The notes: generated by a model from the letters alone, not told the origin. 64,000 nt of DNA from Chrysomallon squamiferum (GCA_012295275.1 CM022667.1:8556001-8620000); one strand, 5' to 3'. Shown: positions 1 through 39,992, counted from the stretch's first letter. Program-made: numbers and translations.

Positions 1-399
1 CAATTTTAGATGAAATGCTTTGACGATAGAAACAAAAATAAACAACAAAAACAAAAAACTTGTGATTTTGTTTTCATTATTTTGAAGCAAGTTATTTATT
101 TTGTCTGTTTTAACAGCTGTAACATCTGATATTATTTATTTATTAACATGTGTATATATTTACATAAACATTTCTGTATCTATGCACATAACACATCATA
201 TAGTCTCCATAACTATTCAGTACAGTTGTAACACTTTTCTGTTAGTTCTAACATACGTTTAAAACTTCACCTTAGTTACCACTGGCAACAGCTGTTTTTT
301 ATTATTGTTGTTATTATTTTATTGTGTTTTATTATTATTATTATCAAAAAAAAAAAAAATTGAAACTGTTTAACAACTGAGTGAGTTGTGGCCCTTTAG

Positions 400-20694
<20,295 letters not shown>

Positions 20695-20704
20695 CTTCAT
20701 CACT

Positions 20705-21030
20705 CAACACCACTGTGATCAGATCTCATCACAACACCACTGTGATCAGATCTCAACACAACATGATTGTGTTGTGATTTAACACAGTGATTGTGATTAG
20801 ATCTGAACACATCGTGATTGTGTTGTGATTTAACACAGTGATTGTGATTAGATCTCAACACATCATTATTGTGATTAGATCTCAACACATTGTTATTGTG
20901 ATCAGATCTAAACACATCAATTTTGTTGTGATTTAACACAGTGATTTTAATCATATCTTAACATAGTGACTATGACAAGGTTTTAACACATAGTGACAGT
21001 GATTAGATTTAATACAAAGTGATTTTTAAT
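20705..21030 (+). repeat. Degenerate tandem repeat (aacacc/aacaca..gtgatyagatct) in the CD109 3' UTR
   Basis: Begins just after the stop codon. Confidence 0.75.
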
Positions 21031-21992
21031 CTTATCTTTTCACACCCACAGAGACTGTCAAAGCGTCTTACATCATGAAACTGTCGTACATATTCTTATT
21101 TTCTCATAGGGTAATTTCGTACATTTGCTTAGACCCCACAACAGAAAGTAAATTTTATATATACACACTGAACAAGTTAAATAACCCACATTTTGAAGTA
21201 TATTTTCTGTATATGGAGCTCTTCAACAAAGTCTGGACAATTTCCCTACGTTTGACAGAAGTTTGAATTCGCTGTCATTGTGTTAAATTTGCATTTTGGA
21301 ACGGAACAGTTTTAAAAATTTGTTTGGACCTTAACATATATTGTCCTAAAATTATTTCAGATTTTAAAATGATGAGTCTTCAGCCTGGAAACAGACTGTC
21401 GTCAGTTTGTATTTTTATACTAAATATTTGTTACTCTTTTGAAATATATATTTATTTACAAATTATTATTTTTTTAAATCTAAGTTAATGTTTACCAAGA
21501 ACTGCTAAATACTTAAAAGGCTGCAATACTTTTACTGTTTTAAATTTTACTGTTGATTTTTTTTTTTTTTTTTAATTATACATAATGTTGTATCTGGTTG
21601 TAGCAATATGGTGCAGAAATATTTGTAAATATTTCTTTGTATTAATGTTTTTAAAAATATATATAATGCTTCTTCTGTAATATTGCTTCTGGTATTTTAT
21701 AATAATTGCTGAAAAAAACTTTCATTGATATTATGTTTTGTTATTATTTATTATTATTATTTTTTTAATACTGGTATTTATTATTATTATTACTATTCTG
21801 ATTATTAAATATATTATAAATAATAGTGATGAAAATACATTGTTTTTTTTTTATCTAAACCTAGAAACATTTAATATTAAATTTCATATTTTCTAACCTT
21901 TCAAGAATAATAATAATAATTAACAAATAACCTTCCAGTTTTATCAGGTGGAATGTTTTTAAATCAAAATTCTGTAATCTTTTGATATTTCT

Positions 21993-22087
<95 letters not shown>

Positions 22088-24251
22088 TAACAAAAATATC
22101 AGGTTGCATTTTCATTAAAACATTCCAAATTATTTGTGCCTTTGTAACATGTTGTCGTTGTTGTTTACTCCAGGTTCAGATGCAGAACTCAGTGTGGGCT
22201 TACTTACTGTCGATTCTGCTTATGGCTGACATCATAGGGCAGTTATTGAGGAATTATTATTATTTTAATTTTTTTTTTAATTTGACTAAGCCAGTTAATT
22301 CAGATCAATGAGGTATCAGAATTAGAGAGAGATCAACATGTAAAAAATAAAGTTTAGTTAATTTTCAGTTCTGTGATTTATCATCATGAAAGTTATCTCC
22401 CTTAGAATTAATGGTTTCTTTTTATTTCAGAATTATTTTTTTTTAATTAATAACAATAATTTTTTTTTTTTTTTTTTTTTTTAATTTTTTTTATTTATTT
22501 TTTTTTTTTTTTTATTTCAGAATTAATTTTTTAAATTAGTTTTTGTTTTATTAATATCATTATTATTATTGTATTGTTATTGTTACATGTTTTTTTTTTA
22601 TATATTTCTAATACTGAGAAGTTTATTTTTACTTAGATTTTAACCTGCAGGGCAGCAACATGACATTGTTTTAGTTCTGTTTAAAATATTTCTACTTCTC
22701 ACATTCCTCTTTGATATCACCTTACAGGTAATAATGCAATTTATTACAATTTTTTTACATTCATATACAAACATACACACTAAACATTATTTATGAACAA
22801 GTTATTATTATTTTTTTTAAATGTTTATTTTAATTATGGATTAGTTTTTTGTTTATCTTTTTTCTTTCTCTAGACATTTATGTTTTATTTATATATATTT
22901 ATATATTCTTATTGGATTATTCATAATAATTTTATTTATATATTTTTCTTTATCTTATTTATAATTATTAATATTATTTTCTCTCTCTGTTCCTTCTTTT
23001 TCGTGAAAATAAATATGATTAATCTTTTTCTTTCTTTCATTTTTTTTTAAATAATCAAATTTGTACAAAAATTATTTTTGCTTATCAAGTTGATATATTT
23101 AATTTAACAGTTAAATTACAGTAAATAAAACCATTACTCTCAGGATTTTTAATTGTGATCCTTATTTTAAATTATTTTATCTAACAAGTATGTATGTTTT
23201 GAACCATGTAACAAAAATACCTGTGTCTTAATCATCAAATATATAATGATAGCAGAAAATATCTTTGTGCCTTTTTTGTGATTCTTTTTGTAACAAATAA
23301 ATATTGTACTAAGGCTGTATTTCCATGAGTTCTATTTTATTCTATTTTTATTTTGTTTTATTTTATTTTTTATTACCTTATTTTTAATTATTATTATTAT
23401 TATTATTTTATTATTATTTATTTATTTATTTATTTATTGTCATTAATAAGCACATACTAAGAAAATTAAATATCGTTTGTAACAGAACCACTCATTGTTC
23501 GAATTACAATAAACCTAGAAAACAAAAAAACAAAATGTATATAACAATTCGACCACTTAGTTACAAAATGAAACTGAAAGGATTATTTACTTCTGAAAAT
23601 ATCTACAAAATAAAATGTTGAACTTACTGAAATATTCTACTTTTAAAATCCAAACCATTAATAATTTGTCTTTCCTTAAATGCAGTTGTCATTGTAGTTG
23701 CTAAGCGAGGTGAGTTAATTGTCGACGTCATATATATTCCACGTAGAACCTAAAACTAATGAAATCTACCTCACCAAAATGAACATTCACTGTCACTTGA
23801 TTATGGTTAATTAACTGAAATACATTTTTATGATTAAAGTTAAATATATAGTCTATGAAAAAAATGCTTGGAGTTTTTGCGGTGAACTCTCATCCATGTG
23901 ATAATGCTTATTTCATTTGTTTTCAAACGAGCAGTAACAATAATAATAAAAATAATAATAATTCCAAAAATAGAATTGTTGAAAATAATACAATCAAACA
24001 GTATAACAATCCAGCAGTAACATCATCATTTTATCTGAATAGAAATGTAAAAAGTTTGTTATAAATTTGGGATAAGATAATTATGCATAATTTATCCACT
24101 CTTTAATATAAAATCACAGAAAGTGTAATATATCAAAATATTCTTTTGTCTTTTTATGATTCTTTTTTAAACTATGAATCACTTCTCACATTCTAATTTA
24201 TTGATTTTAAAAATATGACAGTTATAACATTCTGTACTGATAAAAAGAAGA

Positions 24252-28692
<4,441 letters not shown>

Positions 28693-29585
28693 TTTGCAAT
28701 CGCACAAAACTAAAGAAAACAAAAATATGTAAATAAAGATAAATAATATTATATTAATCGAGAAATGCAATACAGTAACAATTAATATTTGTTAATTAGT
28801 TTAAAAATAAATAAATAAAAAATAAATACAAATTACATTTCTATCGTGTTTTCCAATACAACAAACCTCTTTCTAAATGAACCTGACCTAATTTCCGATG
28901 CCATGGCCTGAAACGTTTGGCTTTGAAAGATTAACAGGCTTGGTTATAAACGATAATATATTTTTATTGGTAGAAAAAAGAAACTTATTTAGTGCATGAT
29001 TTGCAACTGTTAGCATCTCATTATTCTTGTAAACACCTACATCTTTATAAATTCATTAAGACAGTCCCTGAGTCCAAAAGTCCTAAACCTTTTAAACTCT
29101 GGTAGGAATCCCGGATTTGTATTTATAGACAATATCTGCAACGCCAAATTTCATTGGATAAAATATTCTAATGCAGACAATAGCATTCAAAATATTTCGG
29201 TATATTTCGTAAAATCATGAAATATTGCTAACAAATCGAAGTACACATACATTTATTTTTATAAACAGATTACTTAATTAATTCTAAATGATACTATATA
29301 TTAACAATAACACGTGCAAGAAATAACAGTCGTTTTAATTCGTCAAAAAATGTTGTTATTGTTGCTAAATTATTAGTTCTATGAATCAAACTACTTTCGA
29401 AATAAAGTCACATTGGAGTTCAACGTTTGTAAAATAAAATGTCAGATATTGTGAAATATTTTACGAAACAGGGTGAGAGACATTTTTTGTTTTGTTTTAC
29501 TTTTTGAGTTTTTTTCTTTCTTTCTTTTTTTTTTTTTTTTTTTTTGCACACTCGCACACATACATATATAACATTCCCCAAAAAG

Positions 29586-29643
<58 letters not shown>

Positions 29644-30134
29644 TATATACATGTATACATCTTAGTTGGGTTTTGGGGTGGGTTTTTTTTTTTTTTTTTG
29701 CCAACTAACCCTCTAACGTTATTCTTATTTCATTATGCAAGTTACTTCCGCCAATAATGGTGGCGTTCCCCAGTTCTGAATTCCTGAATGTGTCATGTCA
29801 TTTGTCAAAATGATTATCATTTAATGAGGATTGTTTTCTTTTTCTTTCGTTAAAAACACACACACACACGCGCGCGCGCGCGCACGCACACACACAAACA
29901 CACACACACACACAATTTGAAATTATTCTAAATTGAATTAACTCCCTTGAACTGAATGTTACGATAATATTCGATGTTAACCGAACCTTACATCTTAGGA
30001 GAGGGAGACATTTATTTATGGTAAAGTGGAAAACACCATTTATGTCAAATTGATTTTTATTGGACTATGCAAATAGAAAGAAGCATGGATGCCAATTCTT
30101 AGTTTTTCCGCGAAGGATAAATAAACACCTACAT
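28693..30134. promoter_or_regulatory. Probable divergent promoter region between DHRS4 and TK2
   Basis: Head-to-head start codons 1.44 kb apart; ETS-like ACTTCCG near 29744; CA/CG alternating tract 29856-29913. Confidence 0.5.
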
Positions 30135-30474
30135 ATGAAATTAAACCGCGTGTTGTTCCGCTCAAAGCTGAAAAACCTTTGGGGTCTGATGATGTCAAAG
30201 GATGTTTTGCCGAAGCAAAAAGGCGTTTTCAGCCAACAAAATGGAATAACATCACTAGCGAGTATGCGTTTTGCATTAACACTTTCTTTTTTTTTTTTTT
30301 TTTTTTTATATCTATTGTTAATCAGTATATTACGTAATACTTACCATTTACATTAAATGAAACTTTAAAGTTTATACTGTTTGGTTTTTGAGGTTTAAAT
30401 GAAAGTGATTGATAAAATTAAACTATAATTCCCTTTATTTAATTATTTATTTTTAACAGAAATTGAAAATGAAA

Positions 30475-30511
<37 letters not shown>

Positions 30512-30747
30512 TTATTATTTTTTATGCATGCGTGCAGATATTTATGTATTTAAGGATAATTGAAATGTATGTATGAGTATAATGTGAAAATAATAATAAA
30601 TAAATAAATAAAAAAGATTAATGTAAAGGAATAGCAGTCCCAGAATTTAAATTCCATTATTGCGAACACAATTATGTATACGGAACTGTTTTAAAATTTT
30701 ATTTATTTGATTTTTAAAACATCATCATTATTATTAGTAGTAGTAGT

Positions 30748-30789
<42 letters not shown>

Positions 30790-31711
30790 AGGTGATTTAG
30801 CTACAGTGCCAGATGGAAAGAGGCGCCAAAAATGCACGGTGAGTTTTACTGTAATTTTGCAGCGAAGGACAACTTCGTCTAAAAATATACAATTCCAGTA
30901 AGCGTGACAATGGCTGGCTACAGTTGACAGCATGTTTGGATATCATGACCTAAAACGACCTTAGTCAAAGTCAAACATGTTTTAAGTGCATGTATATTAA
31001 TAAATATCTGTATACACACATTTCAAGTACATAAGTACACAATCATGGTTGTCTTGGTAGTCAAGTGGTATCATTGTCTGCCTTCACAGTTTGGTAAATT
31101 GCAATATGTTCAGACTTGTTTGTGACGTCATGACCAGTGTCAGTTTGTTCCTGAATATTGTTTAAGCAGTCTATTTAGGACAACAAAAAATTAATGTCTA
31201 AATACACCTACAAATTGTTGTTGTTACCATCATAATCATCATTTTTGTTATTGTTGTTATTATTATCATTCTTCTTCTTCTTCTTCTTCTTCTTCTTATT
31301 ATTATTAGATATGAATAATAATTTGCACTGTAATATATATATTTTTTTTTAAATTAGGAAATGCCTGTAAATAAAAGATTAATTAATAAAATATAACAAA
31401 TTTCAGATTTGTGTGGAAGGAAATATTGGAAGTGGCAAAACCTCACTGTTAAGTTACTTCAAAGGGAATTCACAAATTGAGGTAATTTATTATCTAAAAC
31501 AAGCACTACATGTGATCTGAAGAGGTCTACTTTGAAAATGAAGAAATCCAGCATCATATATGAGAAGAGAGAGAGAGAGAGAGAGAGAGAGGTTGTGTGT
31601 GTCTTGAGTTAATTGTTTCCTATTCTTGTTTTGTCAACTTCAGTTGGCACAAACATTTTTTAGTTTTGTTATTAAAAATTTCTCAACTATTAATAATGTG
31701 TAAAAAAAAAA

Positions 31712-31754
<43 letters not shown>

Positions 31755-34700
31755 ATAATGTCTTTGCATGAGAAAATGAGATAAGAATTGACTTTATGCA
31801 TCAAAAATTTAATATGATATTTTGGATTTCAAGTTTTTGTAGACATACAGGTAGATACAAGATTGCAAAATAATTTACCATCTCGGTGTAGCTGAAATTT
31901 TGACCATGTTCAGATTTTATTAGTCCTCTGGTGTTTATTATGATTCAGTGTAAATACATATTTTGTGTTTTCTTTTATCTTTGAAAATAACATTAAATTT
32001 TATTGTAGGTAGTCGATGAACCAGTGAATCTGTGGAGAAATATCCCAGGATGCAATGGCCAGGCCCACAATGCACTGGTAAGAATCTTGTGTTGAAATAT
32101 TTATAACAACCAGTCTAGTTTCTAATTAGCCAATTTGTGTAGTTAATGAATTTGACAGCAGTAGTAAATGATCTAGCAAGTACAGTGGTACTTTGATTTA
32201 ACATTTACTCTTTATCTAGGTAGAAGTAATTTTTGTTTTATTAACAAATAACATTTTATTATTAGAATGTTCGTCAGTTTCTCTTTTTTCAGACTGTTGT
32301 TACATTTTCAGTTTGTTTTTTTTTTATGTCAAAACATGTCACCATTTAAACAATATTTATCCCAATGTTGTTCAGCAGCTCTGAACAAATTCCTAATATA
32401 AATATTCTGCAGCTCATTAAAGCTGTCATATGTCAAGATTTTATGCTGACAAAAGTTGAAAGATTCTAACCTAACTACGCCATGCTTAAAACAAACAGAC
32501 CCACAAGTCATGTGACACTGATTCGTTATAGATGTCGCCACTGTCAAAACATTTACACTGCTGATACTGTTAAAGTCTAAATAGTAACAAAGCTGAAACT
32601 GCTGCCAAGGAATTTAGCTTTTCACCTGCCAGCTGATTAATTACTGCATCAGGCTGTTAATGATGTTGTTACAGATTTTACAACAGTTAAATGAATTCTT
32701 CTCTAAGTACACACAGCAGTAAATCAAATCATATTACACTAAGGTTGCATTTTATAATTTTTATGTTCCTTTTAATGTTCATTTTAAAATTAAATATTAT
32801 AATAATGATGATTTTGAAATTTTTGCCAAAACATCAAAGACTTTAAAAAAACTTCTCTGTTGCTTGATTAAATAAAACAGTTTGATACCAAAAAAAAAAA
32901 TCTGTATCATTTAACTTTCTGATCTTGCAGATTAATTTAGAATAAATATCCAATACAGCGGTGTTTTTTTATTTAAATGTTTACCCTCCTATCTGGACTT
33001 TATAAATCTATTAACAATATTCCAATGTGACGGGGGTGGGTAATAATAATAATATGGACTTTTTATTGATTTTAAAATCAGATAAAATTATTCACTTGTT
33101 TTGATGAAATAAACATGCATTTTTTTAAGAGACTGGAATGTAATGTACCACACACGCACGCACTAATGCACGCACACACACACACACACACAATAATGTA
33201 ATATGGAAAAAATCATGTTTTAATGTAATTTTCAGGATTTGCTGTACCGAGACCCCATCAGATGGGGTCTGACGTTTCAGACGTATGTTCAGCTGACCAT
33301 GTTAGACATTCACACTCGACTGCACATTCAGCCTATTCGTATGATGGAGAGATCACTTTTTAGTGCGCGGTACTGCTTTGTAGAAAACCTCTACAGAAAG
33401 TTAGTAATTCCTTCTTCTTCTCATCTTTTTACTTTTTTTTTTTTTTGCACATTAATTTCTCTTGTCATCTTACATGATAAATAAATCCATCATTAAATAA
33501 GAATCATTGTTTACTCCAATTTTTTTTTTTTTTTTTTTTACTAATGTATTATTTAATTGCTATTCTTTTTTTAATTGATTTTTCTAAAATTCTGGAAATG
33601 TCATTTCCAATCTTTTTATTTAATATATAGATACACACACAGAGACACAATTATTTCAAGAATAAAATTTGTATATTTTTAGTATTTTGATAATATTTCA
33701 TGTCTTTTATTTTTGTATTATTTTATTGTTTCTATTAATTAAAATAATATTTTCCATTTACTATTATTATTTTTTAATATGTTTTAAAATTTATATTTTG
33801 TATTTATTTTTATTATTATCATCTTCATCATTATTATTAAATATGTGTTTTTTTCAGTATTATTTATGTTTTTTTTTTTAAATTTATTTATTTATTTTTC
33901 AGTGTAAAAATTCCAGAAATTGAGTACTGTGTTTTAGATCGGTGGTTTCAGTGGATTTTGAAAACACAAAATATTAACATTGACCTAATAGGTAAGATTT
34001 TGGGACATGATGGAAATGTTTGGAATTTTTACTATGGAAATCTGTGTTACCAGTAACAATATGGTTGAACTGTTTACTAGTTAAATCTTTGGTCCAAATA
34101 ACCACACATTTGAAATCCTTATTACCAATAAACTCATGTGTGAACTGTTTACTAGTGAAATTTTCATTACCAGTAACCACACAGGTTAAATTGTTTAATT
34201 AGGAAACCATTGTTATTAGTAACTTCAAGGATAAATTGTTTACCAACAAATCTTGGTTTGCCATTAATCACACAGGTCAAATGGTTAATAGGTGTGATAA
34301 ATGTATCTAATTTTTACTAATGCACTCTTTTAGTCAGATGAATTAATTACTTATTTTATAATAACAACTGTTTATGTTATTCCTAAATAATACAATGAGA
34401 AGAAACTCAGGATGTGTGAGTGACTCTTAGCAAAATGTATTGTATATAAACACCTTCCCACAGAGACAAATATACAACATGTTTACTGTACGAATGTATT
34501 TGGAATGGGAAATGAGTGCTCCTATCATATCATATCTAAATGAGGAAAAATATTTTATTAATCGTGGGGGCAAAAAAAAAAAAAAAAACTTGTTATTTTG
34601 TTACTTAAATGTTTTATAGTCCGAATTTCTTTAAATATCTTTAACATTTCTGTGTTTATTCCAGTTTACTTGCAGACAGACGCAGAAGTTGTCAATGAAC

Positions 34701-36360
34701 GAATCAAGAGACGTCACAGGACAGAAGAAGCAGGAATACCACTGGTGAGTTTTCTTTTAGTCTGACTGACAGACTGACAGACTGACTGAAGACAGTTAAC
34801 GTGCTAAATCAAGCAAGCTGCCATGAAGCAGTCCTTGAAAGATGGGGCAACATTTTCTGACATACCTGTGACAAGTGAAGCATGGAACTACTAAATAAAC
34901 TTCAAAGTTACTGACTTTATTATTTTTTTTTTTTAATGATTAATTAGCGTAATTTTTGGTTATTCTTTAATTAAAATTTAAAAAAATAATAATTAAAAAA
35001 AAATACATACAAAAGCTGTCATGTTCATTTGTCATTTTTTTTTTTTTTTTTTTATTTATCACTTTAATAAAACCTGTTTCATTTTTTTTTTTTAATATAT
35101 TGGGTTGGCAACTAAATTCCTGCCATTTTAAAAACACAATAGATTTAAACAAAACGGCGGGAACTTAGTTGCCAACCCAATATTTTTTAAAAATAATTTC
35201 TATATTAAATGTCTCTTCGTGTTGCCACAAAAAATACCTAATATCATTTACATTTTATTCTGAGCTGTTCGTTTTGGGGGTTGGGTTTTTTTTTTACGAG
35301 ATCTATCCATAATAATCTAATTGTATCTCATAAATTTCAGTCTCTTTAATTCACTGATAACAGACATTATGAGTGTGCTTTAACTAGATTTTAGGTAAGT
35401 TTATCATCGTAATCATCTTGATCATCTGCCTTGTTATCAGAATCATCTATGAAGATGTTGCAGAATGATAAGAAACTTAGTTCAAGTTTAATATTTTTCC
35501 AGGAATATCTGCAAACTCTGCACACTCTGCACGAAGACTGGCTGATACACAAGAAATTTCCTTGTCCATCTCCTGTCCTTGTAAGAAACCTTTTGTTGCA
35601 ATTCTTTTTATCCATCTTCTGTGTAGTCTGATTAAAATCTGGGTTTTTCTCTTAAAATCTCAGAGAATCGTTAATAACTGTCTATTCTCAGTTTGGCTGT
35701 GACCATTATAAATGAGTTAGGCAGTTTGTAAAAGCACAAGAGGCAGGAACTGCAAATATTACATCAGTAAAGTTGATGTTGATGCTTAATATTTAAAGGA
35801 AATGCCTAAACAACTATAAAATGACCCAAAGCTCTGTCAGTAGAAACGGAATAGTTCTCTTTCATTGCACCAAATTTTAGATAAGGGAGGTAATTACAAT
35901 CATGAATTTAAACAATTTTTCATTCCAAAATTTAAAATGTGAGGTTAGGTGAAAATTTGCCAGAATCTTAATCATGAATTTTTATCCATTTATAATGTTT
36001 GTTTTTCTTTTAAATGTGATTAAGATAGTATGAAGTGTTTGTGTATTTATAATTTGAAAACAAAATACAAAATACAAAATGTGAATTATATATATATATA
36101 CGTATATGTAACAGGTTTTTTTTATTTTCAAAAGTTTTAATTTTCATGTAATTGTGAATTTTAAAACTTACTAAAAACTGACTTTTTTTTTTAAAGCAAC
36201 CAAAGCCATTTCATTATTTAACTAATACGTTTTTTTATGGGTTATTTATTTATTTATTTATTTATTTTAGGTTGTTGATGGAAACAGCAGTCTTGAAGAT
36301 ATGGTTTGTCACTATGAAGATCTTGAACAAAAAATATTTCAAGCAAAATCATACATTTAA
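30135..36360 (+). CDS. TK2: Thymidine kinase 2-like / deoxynucleoside kinase with probable mitochondrial presequence
   Basis: Exons 30135-30261 (basic presequence [17 protein letters not shown]; start less certain), 30792-30838, 31407-31481 (P-loop [10 protein letters not shown]), 32009-32077 (EPVNLW), 33236-33399 ([15 protein letters not shown]), 33903-33991, 34665-34744 (lid [10 protein letters not shown]), 35503-35580 (EYL..LHEDWL), 36271-36360 stop; phases consistent. Confidence 0.92.
35100..35180. mobile_element. 81-bp mariner-type MITE in TK2 intron 7
   Basis: 30-bp terminal inverted repeats (TTGGGTTGGCAACTAARTTCCYGCCRTTTT, 3 mismatches) flanked by TA on both sides (35098-35099, 35181-35182). 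Confidence 0.85.
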
Positions 36361-39300
36361 TTTGGTCAAAAACAAAACAAAAAATAATTTTAAAAAATCA
36401 CCGGAATGGAAATGTATGTTTACTTTATTAAGAAAAGGTTGTATGTAACATGTGATGTTCTGAGAAAAACATTGAAAAGCACATTTTCTAATTGAAAAAA
36501 TGTTAATATCAAATACTATGATTATTAATTTAACACTTAAAAAGATATGAATTAAAAGCATTTTAAAGAAGTAATGAAAAATGACAGCGAAAGAAAACTA
36601 TTTATTATAAATAATTATCACTACTATATATTTTTTTCAATAAGGTAACATTCTATATTTTACAAGAGAGGTGGTGGTTAAGGAGACTATTCCGTTCAAA
36701 TCTTTTCTTAATGAAGTAACAGTATGTAAAATATTTCCCATGAAACTGAAAAGACCGAAGAGTCAGTAAAAGCAGAGTACTCAGATTTATGAATGAAGTG
36801 AATTTTGACTGTTGTTTTTATGTGTGTTTGAGGTAAAGTGCGATTTAGTCGCTATATTTTTTGTATTTTGCACGATGCTATTGCTCTGCAAAACTGAAAA
36901 AAAATATTATTTAGTTAGTATATGGATTTTTAAAATTTCTTTTTGTACAGAATTTGCCCATGCATGCTTAAATTGAACAAAAATAATGTTTGTTTCATTT
37001 AGGAATATATGCTTGTGGTGTACTTGTTTCTACACATGTGACACTGTATTGCAAGAAAGAAAACAGTGTTTGAATGTTTGGTACAGTCAGAATGTGTATG
37101 AAAAATGTCTTTTTAATTTTCTACTTGGACACAGCATTTACAAAATCTCAAAGTATGGATAGGTATATTTTGAAAGATTTCAAAATATTTTATAAAAGGC
37201 ATTAAGAATATGTAAACTGCCATTTATAATCGTTGTTATTTCAGTTTTTAATATTGAATTTGTTTTCTTTTTTTCTGAGATTTAGTAATTATCTGCAATA
37301 TAAATACTCAGTAATCAAAAACATCTTTGTTTGTTAGTTAATTATTAAATGTTTTATTTTACAGAACAGTTTTTATTGTGAACTTTGAAGTTTATTTTGT
37401 CGTTATGTGAGTTTAGTCAACATCCTTATTACCATCCCATATAAAACTTTATTTACTTTTTATGTACAACCTGCTTTGCTAAAGCTTTTCAAAAAATGTA
37501 TTTTTAAACTAATTCAAAGACTGTCAGTTAGATTGCTGTTTGTAGTATTTATGGGGTTTTTTAAGATTTGTTGCTGTTTATATCTTTTGTTTGTTTTCTA
37601 GTCACCAATGGGTGTAAATGGACGTTGTCTATCAGCATTTGCTGTTATGCCTTCGTTAATTTACTTTTTGTGTGTGTTCAGTTACATTAATTACTTCTAT
37701 TACTTTTTATTATTGTAATTATTATAATCATAAAATCACATTGTTGTTCTAAATATTACACATAATTAAATAATGAAACAGATTTGTATCACTAGTACCA
37801 ATTTAAATTTAAAATAAATTTTGAATTAAAAAAAAAATTAAAAAAAATAATTGTTGATAAATGTGTGTATGTGTATATATGATGATGCACTTAAAAATTA
37901 TTAAAAATCCTTTTTTTTTCTTTCTTTTTTTAACTTTTATTGCAAATGTGAAATGTTTGTTTGTTGTTATACCATATTTACCATTTTCAGTCAACACGGA
38001 ACCACATATAACTGGCATTCTTTTAATAATAAAATATTTGTATTATGAATATTTGTTTCATTTTGTTTCCAGTATCTGAACATGTCCTTCTGTGGGTTAT
38101 TTTATTTATTAAGAATAATTATTATCCAATTCTGAATAAAAAATATAATTAATTTAATAATTTTGAAAAGGGACTAGACACAGCATGATGTTTAATTTGT
38201 TGATGGGAAGGGGATTTGAATCCTCTGTATCTCAGATTTTAATCACCAAGTGAAAAACACATTTATTTTATTACTTTTTGACAGTTCAAATTCACGCTGG
38301 CTAATTTAAGTAATGTGATAACTACTTATAGTTTATTAGTATAGATCAATCTCAGTAAAAAAAAATATTTTTTATTTCTTTGAACTATAACCCATTTTAA
38401 GATATTTGGCCATTTCACCCAAACTGTCGATAGAAAAACTGCTGATGCTTACAGAACCAATATTGCTCTCAATTACAATACAGAGTTTGACAGATTCCTT
38501 TCAACAACATTGTTACGGGAGAAACTTGGGTAACAGGATCCATGATGGCTCATGTAAGAGACCAATGAGCCACTAATCGGGTCCTTTGGGACATGATCTC
38601 AAACAGTAAAACAAGCTAAAAATACAAGTAAATCTTTTTTTAATTTTTTTATTCTGGTCATAAATTTCATCTGAAAAGCAGCTACTGCAATAAACTAAGG
38701 AGTGAATTACTTTTTCAACACACTGACCTCAGTCTAGGCCATTCTGTGCTATTGACTTAGTTGCCATGGTTTCAGAGTAGTTTCAAACGTCCTAAACCAA
38801 TGCTAAATCTTACTCAAGATTGAACTCGTCAAAACTGACACTGAGTTGTAAGATTCCCTTCTGCCTTTCGGTAGTTTGCACAAGAAGTTTATGAAGGACA
38901 TCCAACACCAAATCTGCCTCAACAGAGCTTGTATGTTCCTGGACAGGCTGAATAAATGCACATGACACCACTTTCATTGAGTTAGTCCAGTGTACTAGAG
39001 AAACACATAGCTGATTGATTAAAACTGTATTTGTAAGTCAAAAGAAATTACTAACAAAAAACACAAACCTGTACAGGATCTATGAAATAAGTAACACCAT
39101 CTCAATATTAAACTGTAACCAAAACAAACAAAAAATTACTCAAGTTAGTCAAAAACCTGTTAACTTTTGTATTGGTGACCTGTTGCAAAGTTCTCTAAAC
39201 AGTATATAGTAGTTCCATTGATGGTGCATAGATGTCACCACCATTTTGCAGTCAGGAGTTTATGGGGTGGCTCAAAGATTCAAAGGTTTCCCTGTTTCAT

Positions 39301-39904
39301 AGAATTTGCTACACACGATTAAACATGAAACTAATTACACTAAATAAAAGATAACTTGTTGCTACGTTTTTAATAAAAAAGCAAATCTGTTGTTATTTTT
39401 ATCATTCAGTGTATACCTGTTTCATTATGTGTATTGTTCTTAACATGTATGTTAAAAATAAATCGTATATCTGGGAATCAATCATTCGATTAAGTGTGCT
39501 GGACATAATTTCGATCATTTCATTTTCGATACGAAATAAGAAGTGGTACAAAGACAAATACTTGTTTACACTGGTCCACATATACATGCACATATATGGA
39601 TAAATGAGTGCACCAACCTGTCGTCCTTATACTCAAATACGTACACTAGTAAAGCAGTAAAAATAGTGACTATGAATAATTACGCAATGATCATGATGCA
39701 TTACAATATTATGAATATACACGATCGTAACAGTGGACGAACTGTTTAATGACTGAATCGAATGATACAGGTATAAAGATCCGAAAGTGACTTAATATAA
39801 GTAACTTTTTTCTTCTTCTTTTTTTTACTTTATTATAATTATTCTTAATAATTAATATAATGATTGTAGAGAGCAACTCTTCCCAATTCAAAGCTTACGA
39901 AACA

Positions 39905-39992
39905 AGAAACCGGAAGTAAACTGGTACTTCTCTTTGTGAAAATATATTAAAAAAACCAGTCTAATGAAAAAAATGACGCTTGGGTTTTCCTA
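39905..39992 (+). promoter_or_regulatory. Candidate CYLD-type proximal promoter motifs (ETS CCGGAAGT 39910, TGACG, kB-like GGGTTTTCC 39982); duplicated at 54810-54892
   Basis: Motif matches only, 70-155 nt upstream of the ATG in both copies. Confidence 0.4.

Noticed and set aside
22174-22229. Possible alternative last exon of CD109 (GSDAELSVGLLTVDSAYG*) giving a non-anchored form
   Set aside because: Plausible acceptor and phase, but no recognisable homology and it would truncate the terminal domain; unsupported without transcripts
38200-38250. B-box-like GGATTCAAATCCC on the minus strand (tRNA/SINE)
   Set aside because: No matching A-box or cloverleaf could be built
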